A stretch of DNA of 29,198 bases from Candidatus Sulfotelmatobacter sp. GTDB taxonomy: Bacteria > Acidobacteriota > Terriglobia > Terriglobales > Acidobacteriaceae. How positions within the stretch are numbered: the first letter of the stretch is position 1; each line of letters starts with the position of its first letter. The translations under genes and the position numbers were made by a program. Positions 1 to 9,539 of the stretch are shown one piece after another. The stretch lies in assembly GCA_030045935.1 (NCBI GenBank), contig JASIEN010000401.1, forward strand, positions 1-29,198, in the 5' to 3' direction. The notes under the pieces were generated by a model. It was not told the origin of the DNA and made no database searches. It saw only the letters and a list, made by a program, of their open reading frames with translations.

Positions 1-79
1 GAATTGCCACTGCAAGGGAGTCTTCTACCTGCACGGTCCTATTTGACCATAGAGGCGCAGTGGCACAGAAAAAGCATGG

Positions 80-586
80 TTATTGCTGATCCCCTGCTTG
101 CCTCCGGAGTTCGCTGACGAGATAGATCATCTGGCCGATGTGATGTTGCATGTGGGCAGCGCACTGAACGAAGATATCGAGGCGATTGGAGCATTCAGTG
201 CCGACGGCAGAGTAATCGGCAGACCAGTCGTCGGGAGACTGCTTGCCGATGGCCGCTTGCACAATGGCGATAACTTCACGCAGGCGTTGGAGCGCGTCGG
301 CTTTCGATGGGAGATTGCGTTCTGTGAATTCGCGCTCTCGATCGCGGACATAACGAGTGTTCGCAATCTGCGCGCCGATGTAGTAATTGAGATTTCCGGT
401 CAGATGCAGGACGAGATGACCGAAGCTGTTGCCGAACGGAAATGGCTTTGTCCAGAATTGCGTATCCGTCAGTGGGGCAGCCAGTTCGTAAATGCGGCCG
501 GCGTTTTCAGAATAGCGGCGGCCGAGAGCAGCCCCGAGAGTCTCTTGTAATCCTGACATGTTCTCCATCTTCGCGGGCTCATGCAC
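80..586 (-). CDS. DinB/DUF1572-like putative metalloprotein
   Basis: Motifs NSFGHLVLHLTGNL, RDREREF and AHMQHHIGQM give the His-triad pattern of DinB four-helix proteins. The start may instead be ATG at 568 or 559 (GGAG lies just upstream of 559). Confidence 0.78.
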   Translation of the reverse strand: MHEPAKMENMSGLQETLGAALGRRYSENAGRIYELAAPLTDTQFWTKPFPFGNSFGHLVLHLTGNLNYYIGAQIANTRYVRDREREFTERNLPSKADALQRLREVIAIVQAAIGKQSPDDWSADYSAVGTECSNRLDIFVQCAAHMQHHIGQMIYLVSELRRQAGDQQ

Positions 587-598
587 CCACGTTTTCCC

Positions 599-1678
599 CT
601 AAACGACGCTGGCTGCTTCCTGCTTCAATTTCTCGGCTTGATAATGCGTGCTGAGAGCCTCGATCAGCGGCTGCAGTTTGCCATCCATCACAGCCTCGAG
701 TTGATGAAGGGTGAAGCCGATGCGGTGATCGGTGACGCGGTTCTGAGGAAAATTATATGTGCGGATTTTCTCGCTACGGTCGCCCGATTTCACCATGGAG
801 CGCCGTTCTTTCGCCAGCGCTTCCTGCTGTTTTTCCATTTCGATTTCGTAGAGCCGCGCGCGTAGCACGCGCATACCTTTTTCGCGATTCTTGATTTGTG
901 ACTTTTCGTCCTGACAACTCACGACAGTGCCTGTGGGAATATGAGTGATCCGAACCGCCGAATAAGTTGTATTTACCGACTGGCCGCCCGGGCCCGATGA
1001 GCAGAAAGTATCGATACGCAGATCTTTCGTCTCAATCTTGATATCGACATCTTCGGCTTCCGGCAGCACGGCAACCGTGACCGCAGAAGTATGCACGCGG
1101 CCCTGTTGCTCGGTCTCGGGCACACGCTGCACGCGATGCACTCCGCTTTCATATTTCAATTGTGAATAGACACGCTTGCCTTCGATGATGGCGATGACTT
1201 CTTTCAATCCGCCAACAGAGGATTCAGAGGTCGACAACACTTCGACCTTCCAGCGCTGGGTTTCGGCATAGCGCGTGTACATGCGGAAAATTTCGGCAGC
1301 AAATAGAGTCGCTTCGTCGCCACCGGTGCCGGCGCGGATTTCGAGAATGACGTTTTTCTCGTCATTCGGGTCTTTCGGCAGCAAAAGAACTTTGAGTTCC
1401 TCTTCGACGCCGCCAACGCGGCTTTGCAGCTTGTCGAGTTCCTCCTGCGCATAAGCGCGCATCTCCGGATCTTTCTCTTCAGCCAGCATGGCCTTACTTT
1501 CGGCAATGCCGCGGGTCAGATCTTTATACTCGCGATATTTCTCAACCACAGGAGTGAGCTCAGAATGAGCCTTCGCGGTCTTCTGATATTTACCCGAATC
1601 GCTGATGATCTCCGGCGAAGCCAGGGCCTGTGTCAGTTCTTCGTATTTCTTTTCGATTTGATCCAAGCGTTCAAACAT
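599..1678 (-). CDS. prfA: Peptide chain release factor 1
   Basis: GGQ motif ([10 protein letters not shown]), [25 protein letters not shown] and [17 protein letters not shown] at 1678 (MFERL) is preferred over the TTG at 1687. Confidence 0.98.
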   Translation of the reverse strand: MFERLDQIEKKYEELTQALASPEIISDSGKYQKTAKAHSELTPVVEKYREYKDLTRGIAESKAMLAEEKDPEMRAYAQEELDKLQSRVGGVEEELKVLLLPKDPNDEKNVILEIRAGTGGDEATLFAAEIFRMYTRYAETQRWKVEVLSTSESSVGGLKEVIAIIEGKRVYSQLKYESGVHRVQRVPETEQQGRVHTSAVTVAVLPEAEDVDIKIETKDLRIDTFCSSGPGGQSVNTTYSAVRITHIPTGTVVSCQDEKSQIKNREKGMRVLRARLYEIEMEKQQEALAKERRSMVKSGDRSEKIRTYNFPQNRVTDHRIGFTLHQLEAVMDGKLQPLIEALSTHYQAEKLKQEAASVV

Positions 1679-1815
1679 ATAAATCAACTTTCGTAGATAC
1701 GCAGCTTGCGTCTAAAGTATGCGCCGTTTTACCGAAATCATGGTCGTAGTGAGTTCATCTCTACGGCATTCCAGTTGTTTAGGAGAGTTGTGCTGAGGTA
1801 TTCGCGGCGGAGCCG

Positions 1816-2871
1816 CTAGGCAATGACCAACTCGCCACCATGCTCTTTTTCAAGCTCCATAGCATGGTTGAGGGCTGTGATCGCGCACTGCGCCTGATCG
1901 TCGGATGGAGATTTCGTGGTGATGCGTTGCAGCCACAGCCCGGGAGCGGTCATGAGTGCGAACAGCGATCCGCGGTGCTTGGCCGCGAAGCGGATGATTT
2001 CGTACGAAACGCCGGCGATTACAGGCAAGAGCGCAATTCGTGAAGCAAAGCGCCCCCAGAAGGTGGTGAACGGAATCAGCATGTAGAAGCCGATCGATAT
2101 CAGCATCACCGTCATCAGAAAACTGGTGCCGCAACGGGGATGGAAAGTCGAATACCTCTGGACGGCCTCTGTTTCCAGCGGATCGCCGTTTTCGAAAGCA
2201 AACACCGTCTTATGCTCGGCGCCGTGATATTCATAGACCCGGCGGATGTCGGGAAACAACGAAACTCCCCAAATAAATAAGAGGAAAAGCGCCAGTCGAA
2301 TCGCGCCATCAATCAGATTGAAAACAATCTGGCCGCCAAAAGCCGGATCGAGCCTTTTCAGTTCTGTCGCCGCCAGCAGCGGCAAATATTTGTACATAAA
2401 AATAAAGAATGCGACCGAGATAATCACATTGGCAGCAGCCAGCCACCCGCTGATGTGGGTGGTTTTTTCCGGCGATGCTGAACGAGGATTGGCCTCATTT
2501 CTTCTCAATGCCGCCGCCTTTTCCTTATGATCGCCTGCCTTCTCTCCCTGCATTAGTTCTTCGATAGCAACGTTGGCCGAAAACCGCAGGGCGCGATAGC
2601 CCAGCGTCATCGCATAACCGAGCGTCATGACTCCGCGAATGATCGGCCAGCCCATCCATTTATGCTTATCCGACGGACGCTCGAGCGGTTCGCTCATGGT
2701 CACAACTTGGCCCGATGGCTTGCGGCACGCAATTGCCCAAGCGTGCGGCGAACGCATCATTACCCCCTCCAGCACAGCCTGGCCCCCGACGAGGGTTTCC
2801 TCGCCGCTTTCAAGAGCGGGCAGAAGCTGCACGGCAGCCAAAAATCGCACATAATTACCCAACGATCGCAC
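1816..2871 (-). CDS. DUF1385 (YqhQ-like) membrane protein
   Basis: GGQAVLEGVMMR, YHGAEHK and HPRCGTSF motifs plus hydrophobic segments. It lies upstream of prfA, the usual context for this family. Confidence 0.9.
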   Translation of the reverse strand: MRSLGNYVRFLAAVQLLPALESGEETLVGGQAVLEGVMMRSPHAWAIACRKPSGQVVTMSEPLERPSDKHKWMGWPIIRGVMTLGYAMTLGYRALRFSANVAIEELMQGEKAGDHKEKAAALRRNEANPRSASPEKTTHISGWLAAANVIISVAFFIFMYKYLPLLAATELKRLDPAFGGQIVFNLIDGAIRLALFLLFIWGVSLFPDIRRVYEYHGAEHKTVFAFENGDPLETEAVQRYSTFHPRCGTSFLMTVMLISIGFYMLIPFTTFWGRFASRIALLPVIAGVSYEIIRFAAKHRGSLFALMTAPGLWLQRITTKSPSDDQAQCAITALNHAMELEKEHGGELVIA

Positions 2872-3065
2872 AGTTATTGGATGCTCCAGAGGGGGATACG
2901 TACCAACCTAGGGTAACACAGGGTTCAAGCTGGTTGGAGAAGGCAGCAGCATGCGATGGGTAGTCTTGTTTGCAAGGCCCCCCGGGGTGATCCACATTGC
3001 GAGGCTGGCCGGACAGTGTTGACCGGCGTAAGCCGCGGCTTTCGTCTATGCTCGAAACTTGAGCC

Positions 3066-4835
3066 ATGCAAAAGTTCGCGCAAACCTGCGAAGCGATTGC
3101 CGCCACCACGAAAAAACTGCAGAAAACTGCGCTGGTCGCGGAATATCTGAAATCGGTTTCGCTGGATGAAGCAGCGGTGTCCGCGGTGTTTCTTTCGGGA
3201 AGGCCGTTTCCCGCGTGGGAAGAAACTGCTCTTCAAGTTGGAGGTTCGCTGCTGTGGCGCGTGGTGGCGGAACTTGGGGAAAAGGATGATGCTGAGCTTT
3301 CTGCCGCCTACCGCAGGCACGGAGATTTGGGAGCGGTCGCGGGAGACATGCTGCCGCAAAAAACTGGGCCGGGCTTGAGTGTTCTCGAAGTGAGCAGAAG
3401 GTTCCGCGAGATTGCCGCCGCGCGCGGAGCAGCGGCGAAAACTACACAGGTTCGCGATCTGCTGGCGCGCGCTGCTCCGCTTGAAGCCAAATACATCATC
3501 AAAATCATGACGGGCGACCTGCGCGTCGGGATGAAAGAAAGCCTGGTCGAGGAAGCAATCGCAAAGGCCTACGGTGGCACACTCGCCGACGTACAGCGGG
3601 CGAACATGCTGCTGGGCGATGTCGGTGAAACGCTGCGGCTGGCTGCGGAAAACAAGCTGGCGGAAGCGAAAATGCGCTTGTTCCATCCACTGGGATTCAT
3701 GCTGGCGAGCCCAATTGAATCAGCGGAAAAAGGACTAAGTTATTTTACTGAGGCGGCAATTGAGGACAAATACGATGGCATCCGGGCGCAGGCTCACGTT
3801 TCCGATGGAGAAGTGAAGATTTTTTCGCGAACCCGAGACGACATTACTGAGTCATTTCCTGAGATGCCGGGTGCATTGGCGGGCTTGCCGAATGACGCGA
3901 TTCTTGACGGCGAAATTGTGGCCTGGGAATATGCGAAAGCAGCCGGCGACGCTCAGCAAATCGTTGACGAACCGCCCAGCGAAGAAGGCGAGCAAAAGGC
4001 CACAGAACTGGGCCGAGCGCGGCCGTTCAGCATTTTACAGCAGCGGCTAGGGCGGAAGAAAGTGAGTGAGAAGATGCTGCGTGAGAATCCTGTCGCATAT
4101 CTGGTGTTCGATACGCTTTATGCGAATGGCAAGTTGCTTCTCGATCGGCCCCTGCGCGAACGGGCGCAAATTCTGGATGAACTGTTGACCACAAAACCAA
4201 ACACAAATCACCACAGAGTCACAGAGACGCTGAGAGAATCACAAGGCAAATTGAGCTTCGATGAAGAAGGATCGGCCGAAACCGCCCGCATAATTCGAGC
4301 TCCCGTTTTTCGTGCAACCAGTGCAGAGGATCTGGAAGAGCTTTTCAGCGCGGCTCAGGCGCGCGGCAATGAAGGGCTGATGATTAAGGACCTCGACTCT
4401 CCGTACCTGCCGGGTAAACGCGGCAAGTCGTGGCTGAAGATGAAGCGGGAGCTGGCCACTCTTGATGTGGTGGTCACGGCAGTCGAATACGGCCATGGAC
4501 GGCGCATCGGCGTGCTCAGCGATTACACGTTTGCCGTTTGGGACGGTGACAAGCTGGTTAATATCGGCAAGGCATATTCGGGGCTGACCGACGCCGAAAT
4601 TGCCGAGATGACGCAGTGGTTCCTCGAGCACACGATGGAAGATCAAGGGTTTCGCCGAAGCGTTGAGCCGAAGATTGTTCTGGAAGTGGCATTCAACAAC
4701 ATGATGCGCTCCGACCGCCACGACAGTGGCTACGCCTTGCGCTTTCCGCGCATCGTGCGGCTAAGACCGGACAAGTTGCCGCAAGAGGCGGATACGATTG
4801 AGACGGTGCGGGAGATATTCGCACGCCAGGGCTGA
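3066..4835 (+). CDS. lig: ATP-dependent DNA ligase (N-terminal DNA-binding, adenylation and OB domains)
   Basis: Motif I EDKYDG (adenylated Lys), ILDGEIV, EGLMIK, WLKMK and LRFPRIVRLRPDK. Two low-complexity inserts lie in the adenylation domain. Confidence 0.95.
   Translation: MQKFAQTCEAIAATTKKLQKTALVAEYLKSVSLDEAAVSAVFLSGRPFPAWEETALQVGGSLLWRVVAELGEKDDAELSAAYRRHGDLGAVAGDMLPQKTGPGLSVLEVSRRFREIAAARGAAAKTTQVRDLLARAAPLEAKYIIKIMTGDLRVGMKESLVEEAIAKAYGGTLADVQRANMLLGDVGETLRLAAENKLAEAKMRLFHPLGFMLASPIESAEKGLSYFTEAAIEDKYDGIRAQAHVSDGEVKIFSRTRDDITESFPEMPGALAGLPNDAILDGEIVAWEYAKAAGDAQQIVDEPPSEEGEQKATELGRARPFSILQQRLGRKKVSEKMLRENPVAYLVFDTLYANGKLLLDRPLRERAQILDELLTTKPNTNHHRVTETLRESQGKLSFDEEGSAETARIIRAPVFRATSAEDLEELFSAAQARGNEGLMIKDLDSPYLPGKRGKSWLKMKRELATLDVVVTAVEYGHGRRIGVLSDYTFAVWDGDKLVNIGKAYSGLTDAEIAEMTQWFLEHTMEDQGFRRSVEPKIVLEVAFNNMMRSDRHDSGYALRFPRIVRLRPDKLPQEADTIETVREIFARQG
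4208..4238 (+). repeat. Short degenerate CACAGAG-type tandem repeat within the ligase ORF
   Basis: TCACCACAGAG-TCACAGAG-ACGCTGAGAGAA, about 8-9 nt periodicity, encoding HHRVTETLRE inside a non-conserved insert. Confidence 0.35.
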
Positions 4836-4888
4836 CCATTAGTCGTGTCGGTAGTGAGCTACCTTGAATTTCGTGGCGCTCTCGGGCG

Positions 4889-4955
4889 AAAAACAGGTTC
4901 CTCGACTGCGCTTCCTGGCGCTATTGCGGCCAGAAACGCTCGCTCGGAATGACAA
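4889..4955. repeat. Intergenic palindromic repeat element (partial; ends ...GCTCGCTCGGAATGACAA)
   Basis: CAGGTTCCTCGACTGCGC...GCTCGCTCGGAATGACAA encloses an imperfect hairpin (TTCCTGGCGC-TATT-GCGGCCAGAA). Its end resembles the CGTTCGGGATGAC end at 24254-24266. It lies between the convergent lig and CDF genes. Confidence 0.55.
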
Positions 4956-4974
4956 TATTTGGAGATTAGCGACT

Positions 4975-5907
4975 TCAATGATGATGCTCTTCCCCATCGC
5001 CTACCGGAATCACGCAGCCATGTGCAACTTCACATTCCGCGTGCTCAAACTGGATCGTCGTGTGGTCAATGCGAAAGTCGTGGTGGAGGCACTCTTTTAC
5101 GTCACGCAAAATGCGTTCGCTGACTGAGGGAGGAATGTCGGCAATAGAAATATGGCAGGAAAGCGCCCGCGATTCCGATCCGATGCTCCATACATGCAGA
5201 TCATGCACATCGTTGACTCCCTCAACCGCACGAATCGCGGTTTCCACCAGTTCCAGCTTAATGCCGCGTGGAGTGCCTTCCAGCAGAATGTTGAGCGTTT
5301 CGCGCACAATACCGAAACCGGACCACAGAATCAGCACACCGATTCCGACGGACAGCGCTGAATCGATCCAGTAATCGCCAGTGGCGAGAATGGCCCAACC
5401 GCCGACAATCACGGCGGCGGTCGAGAGCGTGTCGCCCACCTCGTGCAGCAGGGCGCTGCGAATGTTTACATCCCCGCCGCCGGGTCGCATAGCCGAGCGA
5501 TAGAGCAGCAACGCGATCGCTCCATTCATCACTACCCCGGTGGCCGCGACCCACATCATCATGCCAGCACGAACGTGCTCCGGGTGCTGCAACCGTTTGA
5601 AAGCTTCGTAAAAAATGAGGAACGCCACCGCGACCAACGACACTGCATTCACCAGTGCTACCAACACTCCGGCACGATGATAGCCGTAAGTTTTGGTCGA
5701 ACTGGCCGGCCGTGATTGCAGATAGACGGCAAACAGCGAAAGCAGGAGGGCGAGAAAATCCGAGAGATTGTGCCCGGCTTCAGACAGCAGGGCCAGGGAG
5801 TGCGCGCGAATACCGGCTACGACCAGCAGTACGATATATGCCAGCGTGACCCAGAGGGAAATACCTAATACGCGCTTGGGATTGCCCCCATGTCCATGCA
5901 CGTGCAT
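4975..5907 (-). CDS. czcD: Cation diffusion facilitator (CzcD/ZitB-like Zn/Co/Cd exporter)
   Basis: SLALLSEAGHNLSD (TM2 HxxxD), LLHEVGD (TM5 HxxxD), TYGYHR, VHDLHVW and HTTIQFE motifs, with His-rich termini. Confidence 0.92.
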   Translation of the reverse strand: MHVHGHGGNPKRVLGISLWVTLAYIVLLVVAGIRAHSLALLSEAGHNLSDFLALLLSLFAVYLQSRPASSTKTYGYHRAGVLVALVNAVSLVAVAFLIFYEAFKRLQHPEHVRAGMMMWVAATGVVMNGAIALLLYRSAMRPGGGDVNIRSALLHEVGDTLSTAAVIVGGWAILATGDYWIDSALSVGIGVLILWSGFGIVRETLNILLEGTPRGIKLELVETAIRAVEGVNDVHDLHVWSIGSESRALSCHISIADIPPSVSERILRDVKECLHHDFRIDHTTIQFEHAECEVAHGCVIPVGDGEEHHH

Positions 5908-6043
5908 GGTTCAAGTGTAAGTGCCAGAGGTGCGGCCTTCAAGCCGATGAAACCCTGAAGCCTACAGTGTTCGAGGCAGTACCAAAAGCTCTAGTTTGTT
6001 CTTCTGAGACACCTGCAAAGAAATCTGTGCACGAGACTGGGGT

Positions 6044-6520
6044 TTATTCCTCGTCTTCGTTGATCTGCTGGGCCAGATAGCGCTCGTAGCCCAGTTCCTT
6101 GATCTGATGCATTTGGGCTTCGAGGAAATCCACATGTTCCTCCTCGTCTTTCAGCAATTGCACCAGGAGATCGCGCGATCCGTTATCGCCTTCCTTGGTG
6201 GCGATGGCCACAGCATCGTTATATTGCTTCACCGCGCCAACCTCCAAGGCCAGATCGCTTTCGATCATGGCCTTCACCGTTCCGCCGACCGTCAATTGCA
6301 GCGGCTGCATGGATGGGCTGCCATCGAGAAACAGAATTCTTTCGATCAGCACTTCGGCGTGCTTCATCTCGCCGATCGACTGTTGCTTGATCAACTCGGA
6401 GAGCTTGTGATAACCCCAGTTCTCGCACATCTCGGCGTGCAGAAAATACTGGTTGATGGCGGTCAACTCTTCGCGCAAGGCTTTATTCAGTTCGGACAAT
6501 ACTTTTGGATTACCTTTCAT
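6044..6520 (-). CDS. bfr: Bacterioferritin
   Basis: MKGNPKV start (ATG 6520), ELTAINQYFLHA, EMKH (heme-ligand Met plus ferroxidase residues), ERILFLDG and EEEHVD; 158 aa. Confidence 0.95.
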   Translation of the reverse strand: MKGNPKVLSELNKALREELTAINQYFLHAEMCENWGYHKLSELIKQQSIGEMKHAEVLIERILFLDGSPSMQPLQLTVGGTVKAMIESDLALEVGAVKQYNDAVAIATKEGDNGSRDLLVQLLKDEEEHVDFLEAQMHQIKELGYERYLAQQINEDEE

Positions 6521-6611
6521 AGGTGCCAGAGTATCGCAGAAAGGTGACGGGCAGACAAGAGCGGTGTTTTCGATATCCGATGTATATTCCCAATCCGGGC
6601 AAGCTTCACTT

Positions 6612-6627
6612 TGTGACCCCAATCACA
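6612..6627. promoter_or_regulatory. Perfect CRP-type box between divergent bfr and the acyl-CoA ligase gene
   Basis: TGTGA-CCCCAA-TCACA. A very degenerate partner GATGA-CCCGAG-CCCTA begins 22 bp downstream, at 6634. Confidence 0.7.
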
Positions 6628-6730
6628 AGAAAGGATGACCCGAGCCCTAACGACGCAATTAATCGATCAGGCAGAATTAAAAAAGGACTACCATAAGCGA
6701 CGATTAACTCTCTATGCAGGAGAAGCGAAA

Positions 6731-9490
6731 TTGAGCGCCGCCGACCCAGCCATTTCGAACCGAGCAGACCCGCTGAGCAGCGGAGCGGTTGAGGAGCGGC
6801 ATAGCCTGGATGCACTTTTCCATCCCCGCTCCGTTGCCGTGATTGGCGCAACGGACCGGCCTGCAACCGTGGGCCGGACGATTCTGCAGAATCTTCTGCG
6901 TCCAGAGTTTCGCGGAAAGGTGTACGCTGTCAATCCGCAACGCGCCGAAGTTCTTGGCCTCAAGTCCTACAAAAGCATTCGCGATCTTCCCGAGCGTATA
7001 GATCTGGCGGTGCTGGCGACACCGGCGGCTACGATCGCAGCGCTGATTGGGGAGTGCGTCGATGCGGGTGCGCGCAGCGCGATTGTGGTCTCCGCAGGAT
7101 TCCGCGAGCGTGGGACTGCGGGAGCAGAGCTGGAGCAGCAGATCCGAAAGCAACTGGACCGGGGCGCGATGCGTTTGATTGGACCGAACTGCCTGGGAGT
7201 CATGAATCCCGGGGTTGGACTGAATGCGACTTTTGCCAAGGATTTGCCGAGGACCGGCAGCGTCGCTTTCCTCAGCCAAAGCGGCGCGCTGCTCACCTCA
7301 ATTCTCGATTGGAGCCAGCGCGAGCAGGTTGGATACAGCGCGATCGTCTCGACCGGGTCCATGCTGGATGTTGGCTGGGGCGATCTGATCTACCATTTCG
7401 CCGATGATCCGCGCACCAAAAGCATTCTTCTTTATATGGAGTCGGTGGGCGATGCGCGGTCATTTCTGTCGGCGGCACGAGAAGTGGCGTTGAGCAAGCC
7501 GATCATCGTTATCAAGGCTGGCAGATCGGAAGCAGGAACCAGGGCAGCGGCCTCGCACACTGGCACTCTGACCGGGAGCGATGAAGTGCTGGAGGCAGCT
7601 TTCCGGCGCAGCGGCGTGCTGCGTGTGCAGAGCATCGCAGATCTTTTCTACATGGCGGAGGTCCTGGGCAAACAGCCGCGGCCTCTCGGGCCTCGACTTA
7701 CAATCCTCACTAACGCAGGGGGTCCGGGTGTGCTGGCGGCTGATTCTTTGGTAGCCAATCATGGCGAACTGGCTCCGCTTTCCGAACACAGCTTGCAGGC
7801 CTTAAACGAGTTCTTGCCCGAGCACTGGAGCCATAACAATCCCATTGACGTGCTGGGCGATGCCGATTCTGAACGCTACGGAAAAGCCCTCGAGATCGCG
7901 TCCAAAGATCCTAACAGTGACGGCTTGCTCACCATTTTGTGCCCGCAAGGCATGACCGATCCTTCCGACGTCGCAACCCGGCTGAAAGCATACGCGCGCT
8001 CCACCGGCAAGCCGTTGCTGGCGAGCTGGATGGGCGGTGTCAGTACGGCGGAGGGCATAAATATTCTGAACGCAGCCGGAGTGCCGACCTTCAATTATCC
8101 CGATACCGCGGCGCGCGTGTTTACGTACATGTGGCGCTATACCTACAACCTGCGGAGCCTTTACGAAACCCCAAGCGTGGCGGAAGGGCCGGAACTCGAC
8201 AATGCTTCGCGGGAACAGGTGCGCGGCATCATCGATAAGGCGCGTGCATCCGGGCGAACGCTGCTCGACGAGTTTGAATCGAAGAAACTTCTGTCGGTTT
8301 ACGGAATACCTACGGTTGAGACGCGCGTCGCGCGCAATGTGGACGAGGCTCTAGCGCAGGCTCGGGAGATCGGATTTCCGGTTGTGCTGAAGGTTCTTTC
8401 CCAGACGATCACCCACAAAACTGACGTGGGCGGAGTCAAGCTGAACCTGCGCGATGAAGATGCAGTGCGGGCTGCGTATGCCGCAATCCAATCGTCGGTG
8501 ACGGAGAAAGTGGGCGGCAGCCAATTCGCCGGCGTGACGGTACAACCTATGGTAGGGCTGGAAGGGTATGAGTTGATCATCGGCAGCAGCATCGATCCCC
8601 AGTTCGGGCCGGTGCTGCTGTTCGGCTCGGGCGGTCAGTTGGTTGAGGTTTACCAGGACCGCGCGCTCGCGCTGCCCCCGCTGAACACGACGCTGGCGCA
8701 GCGCATGATGGAACAGACCCACATTTTTCGCGCACTGAAAGGTGTGCGCGGACGCAAGCCGGTTGACCTGGCAGCGCTCGAGGGCTTGTTGGTCCGCTTC
8801 GGTCAGCTCGTGATCGAGCAACCGTGGATTGCGGAGATCGATATCAATCCGCTTCTCGCTTCCTCCGAGCGGCTGCTGGCACTGGATGCGCGGGTCGTAC
8901 TGCATCCGCCATCGATGAAGCCGGAACAGTTGCCGAAACCCGCCATTCGTCCCTATCCGTCGCAATATGTAACTCAGTGGAGGATGAAAGATGGCAGGGA
9001 AGCGACGATCCGGCCGATTCGTCCGGAAGATGAGCCACTGATGGTTGATTTTCATGGAACGCTTTCCGAAAGGACGGTCTATCTGCGTTACTTTTCCGCG
9101 ATGAGCCTGGGCAAGCGCGTCGATCATGAGCGGCTGCTGCGCATCTGCTTTGGAGGTTACGACCGGGAAATCGTGCTGGTGGCCGACGCCAAGGATCCCG
9201 CCACTGGCAACCATAAAATTCTTGGCGTGGGGCGCCTGAATAAGCTGCATACCGAGAAGGAGGCAGAAGTTGCGGTTCTGGTTTCAGATCCCTACCAGCA
9301 ACAGGGGGTGGGGACGGAATTGCTTCGCTGTTGCCTAGAGGTTGCGAAGAAAGAAAAACTTTCCCGCCTGGTGGCCGAGTTGTTGTTCGACAACGTGGGA
9401 ATGGAAAGGCTTTTCAAGAAATTTCATTTCACCTTCCGCACGCATGAAAATTCAGAATCGATCACCGCGGCTTTGGAGCTTCAGAACTGA
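6731..9490 (+). CDS. ADP-forming acyl/acetate-CoA ligase fused to a C-terminal GNAT (Pat/YfiQ-like architecture)
   Basis: CoA-binding AVIGAT, IGPNCLG, SQSGA, AASHTG, NAGGPGV, ATP-grasp HKTDVGGV and EIDINP, and [18 protein letters not shown] at 6731 with AGGAG 8 nt upstream is preferred; the ORF is open from ATG 6635. Confidence 0.9.
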   Translation: MSAADPAISNRADPLSSGAVEERHSLDALFHPRSVAVIGATDRPATVGRTILQNLLRPEFRGKVYAVNPQRAEVLGLKSYKSIRDLPERIDLAVLATPAATIAALIGECVDAGARSAIVVSAGFRERGTAGAELEQQIRKQLDRGAMRLIGPNCLGVMNPGVGLNATFAKDLPRTGSVAFLSQSGALLTSILDWSQREQVGYSAIVSTGSMLDVGWGDLIYHFADDPRTKSILLYMESVGDARSFLSAAREVALSKPIIVIKAGRSEAGTRAAASHTGTLTGSDEVLEAAFRRSGVLRVQSIADLFYMAEVLGKQPRPLGPRLTILTNAGGPGVLAADSLVANHGELAPLSEHSLQALNEFLPEHWSHNNPIDVLGDADSERYGKALEIASKDPNSDGLLTILCPQGMTDPSDVATRLKAYARSTGKPLLASWMGGVSTAEGINILNAAGVPTFNYPDTAARVFTYMWRYTYNLRSLYETPSVAEGPELDNASREQVRGIIDKARASGRTLLDEFESKKLLSVYGIPTVETRVARNVDEALAQAREIGFPVVLKVLSQTITHKTDVGGVKLNLRDEDAVRAAYAAIQSSVTEKVGGSQFAGVTVQPMVGLEGYELIIGSSIDPQFGPVLLFGSGGQLVEVYQDRALALPPLNTTLAQRMMEQTHIFRALKGVRGRKPVDLAALEGLLVRFGQLVIEQPWIAEIDINPLLASSERLLALDARVVLHPPSMKPEQLPKPAIRPYPSQYVTQWRMKDGREATIRPIRPEDEPLMVDFHGTLSERTVYLRYFSAMSLGKRVDHERLLRICFGGYDREIVLVADAKDPATGNHKILGVGRLNKLHTEKEAEVAVLVSDPYQQQGVGTELLRCCLEVAKKEKLSRLVAELLFDNVGMERLFKKFHFTFRTHENSESITAALELQN

Positions 9491-9539
9491 CGGAACCCAT
9501 TCTTACTGTGTGACATCGAAATGAAAGAGCAGGTTTCGC

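Noticed and set aside
2925-3686. 253-aa minus-strand ORF
   Set aside because: Antisense shadow of the ligase with no recognisable motifs.
8351-9250. 299-aa minus-strand ORF
   Set aside because: Lies fully antisense to the acyl-CoA ligase/GNAT gene; typical shadow ORF in GC-rich DNA.
9509-9524. TGTGA upstream of cydA
   Set aside because: Half-site only (the right half is AATGA), with no partner at 22 bp.
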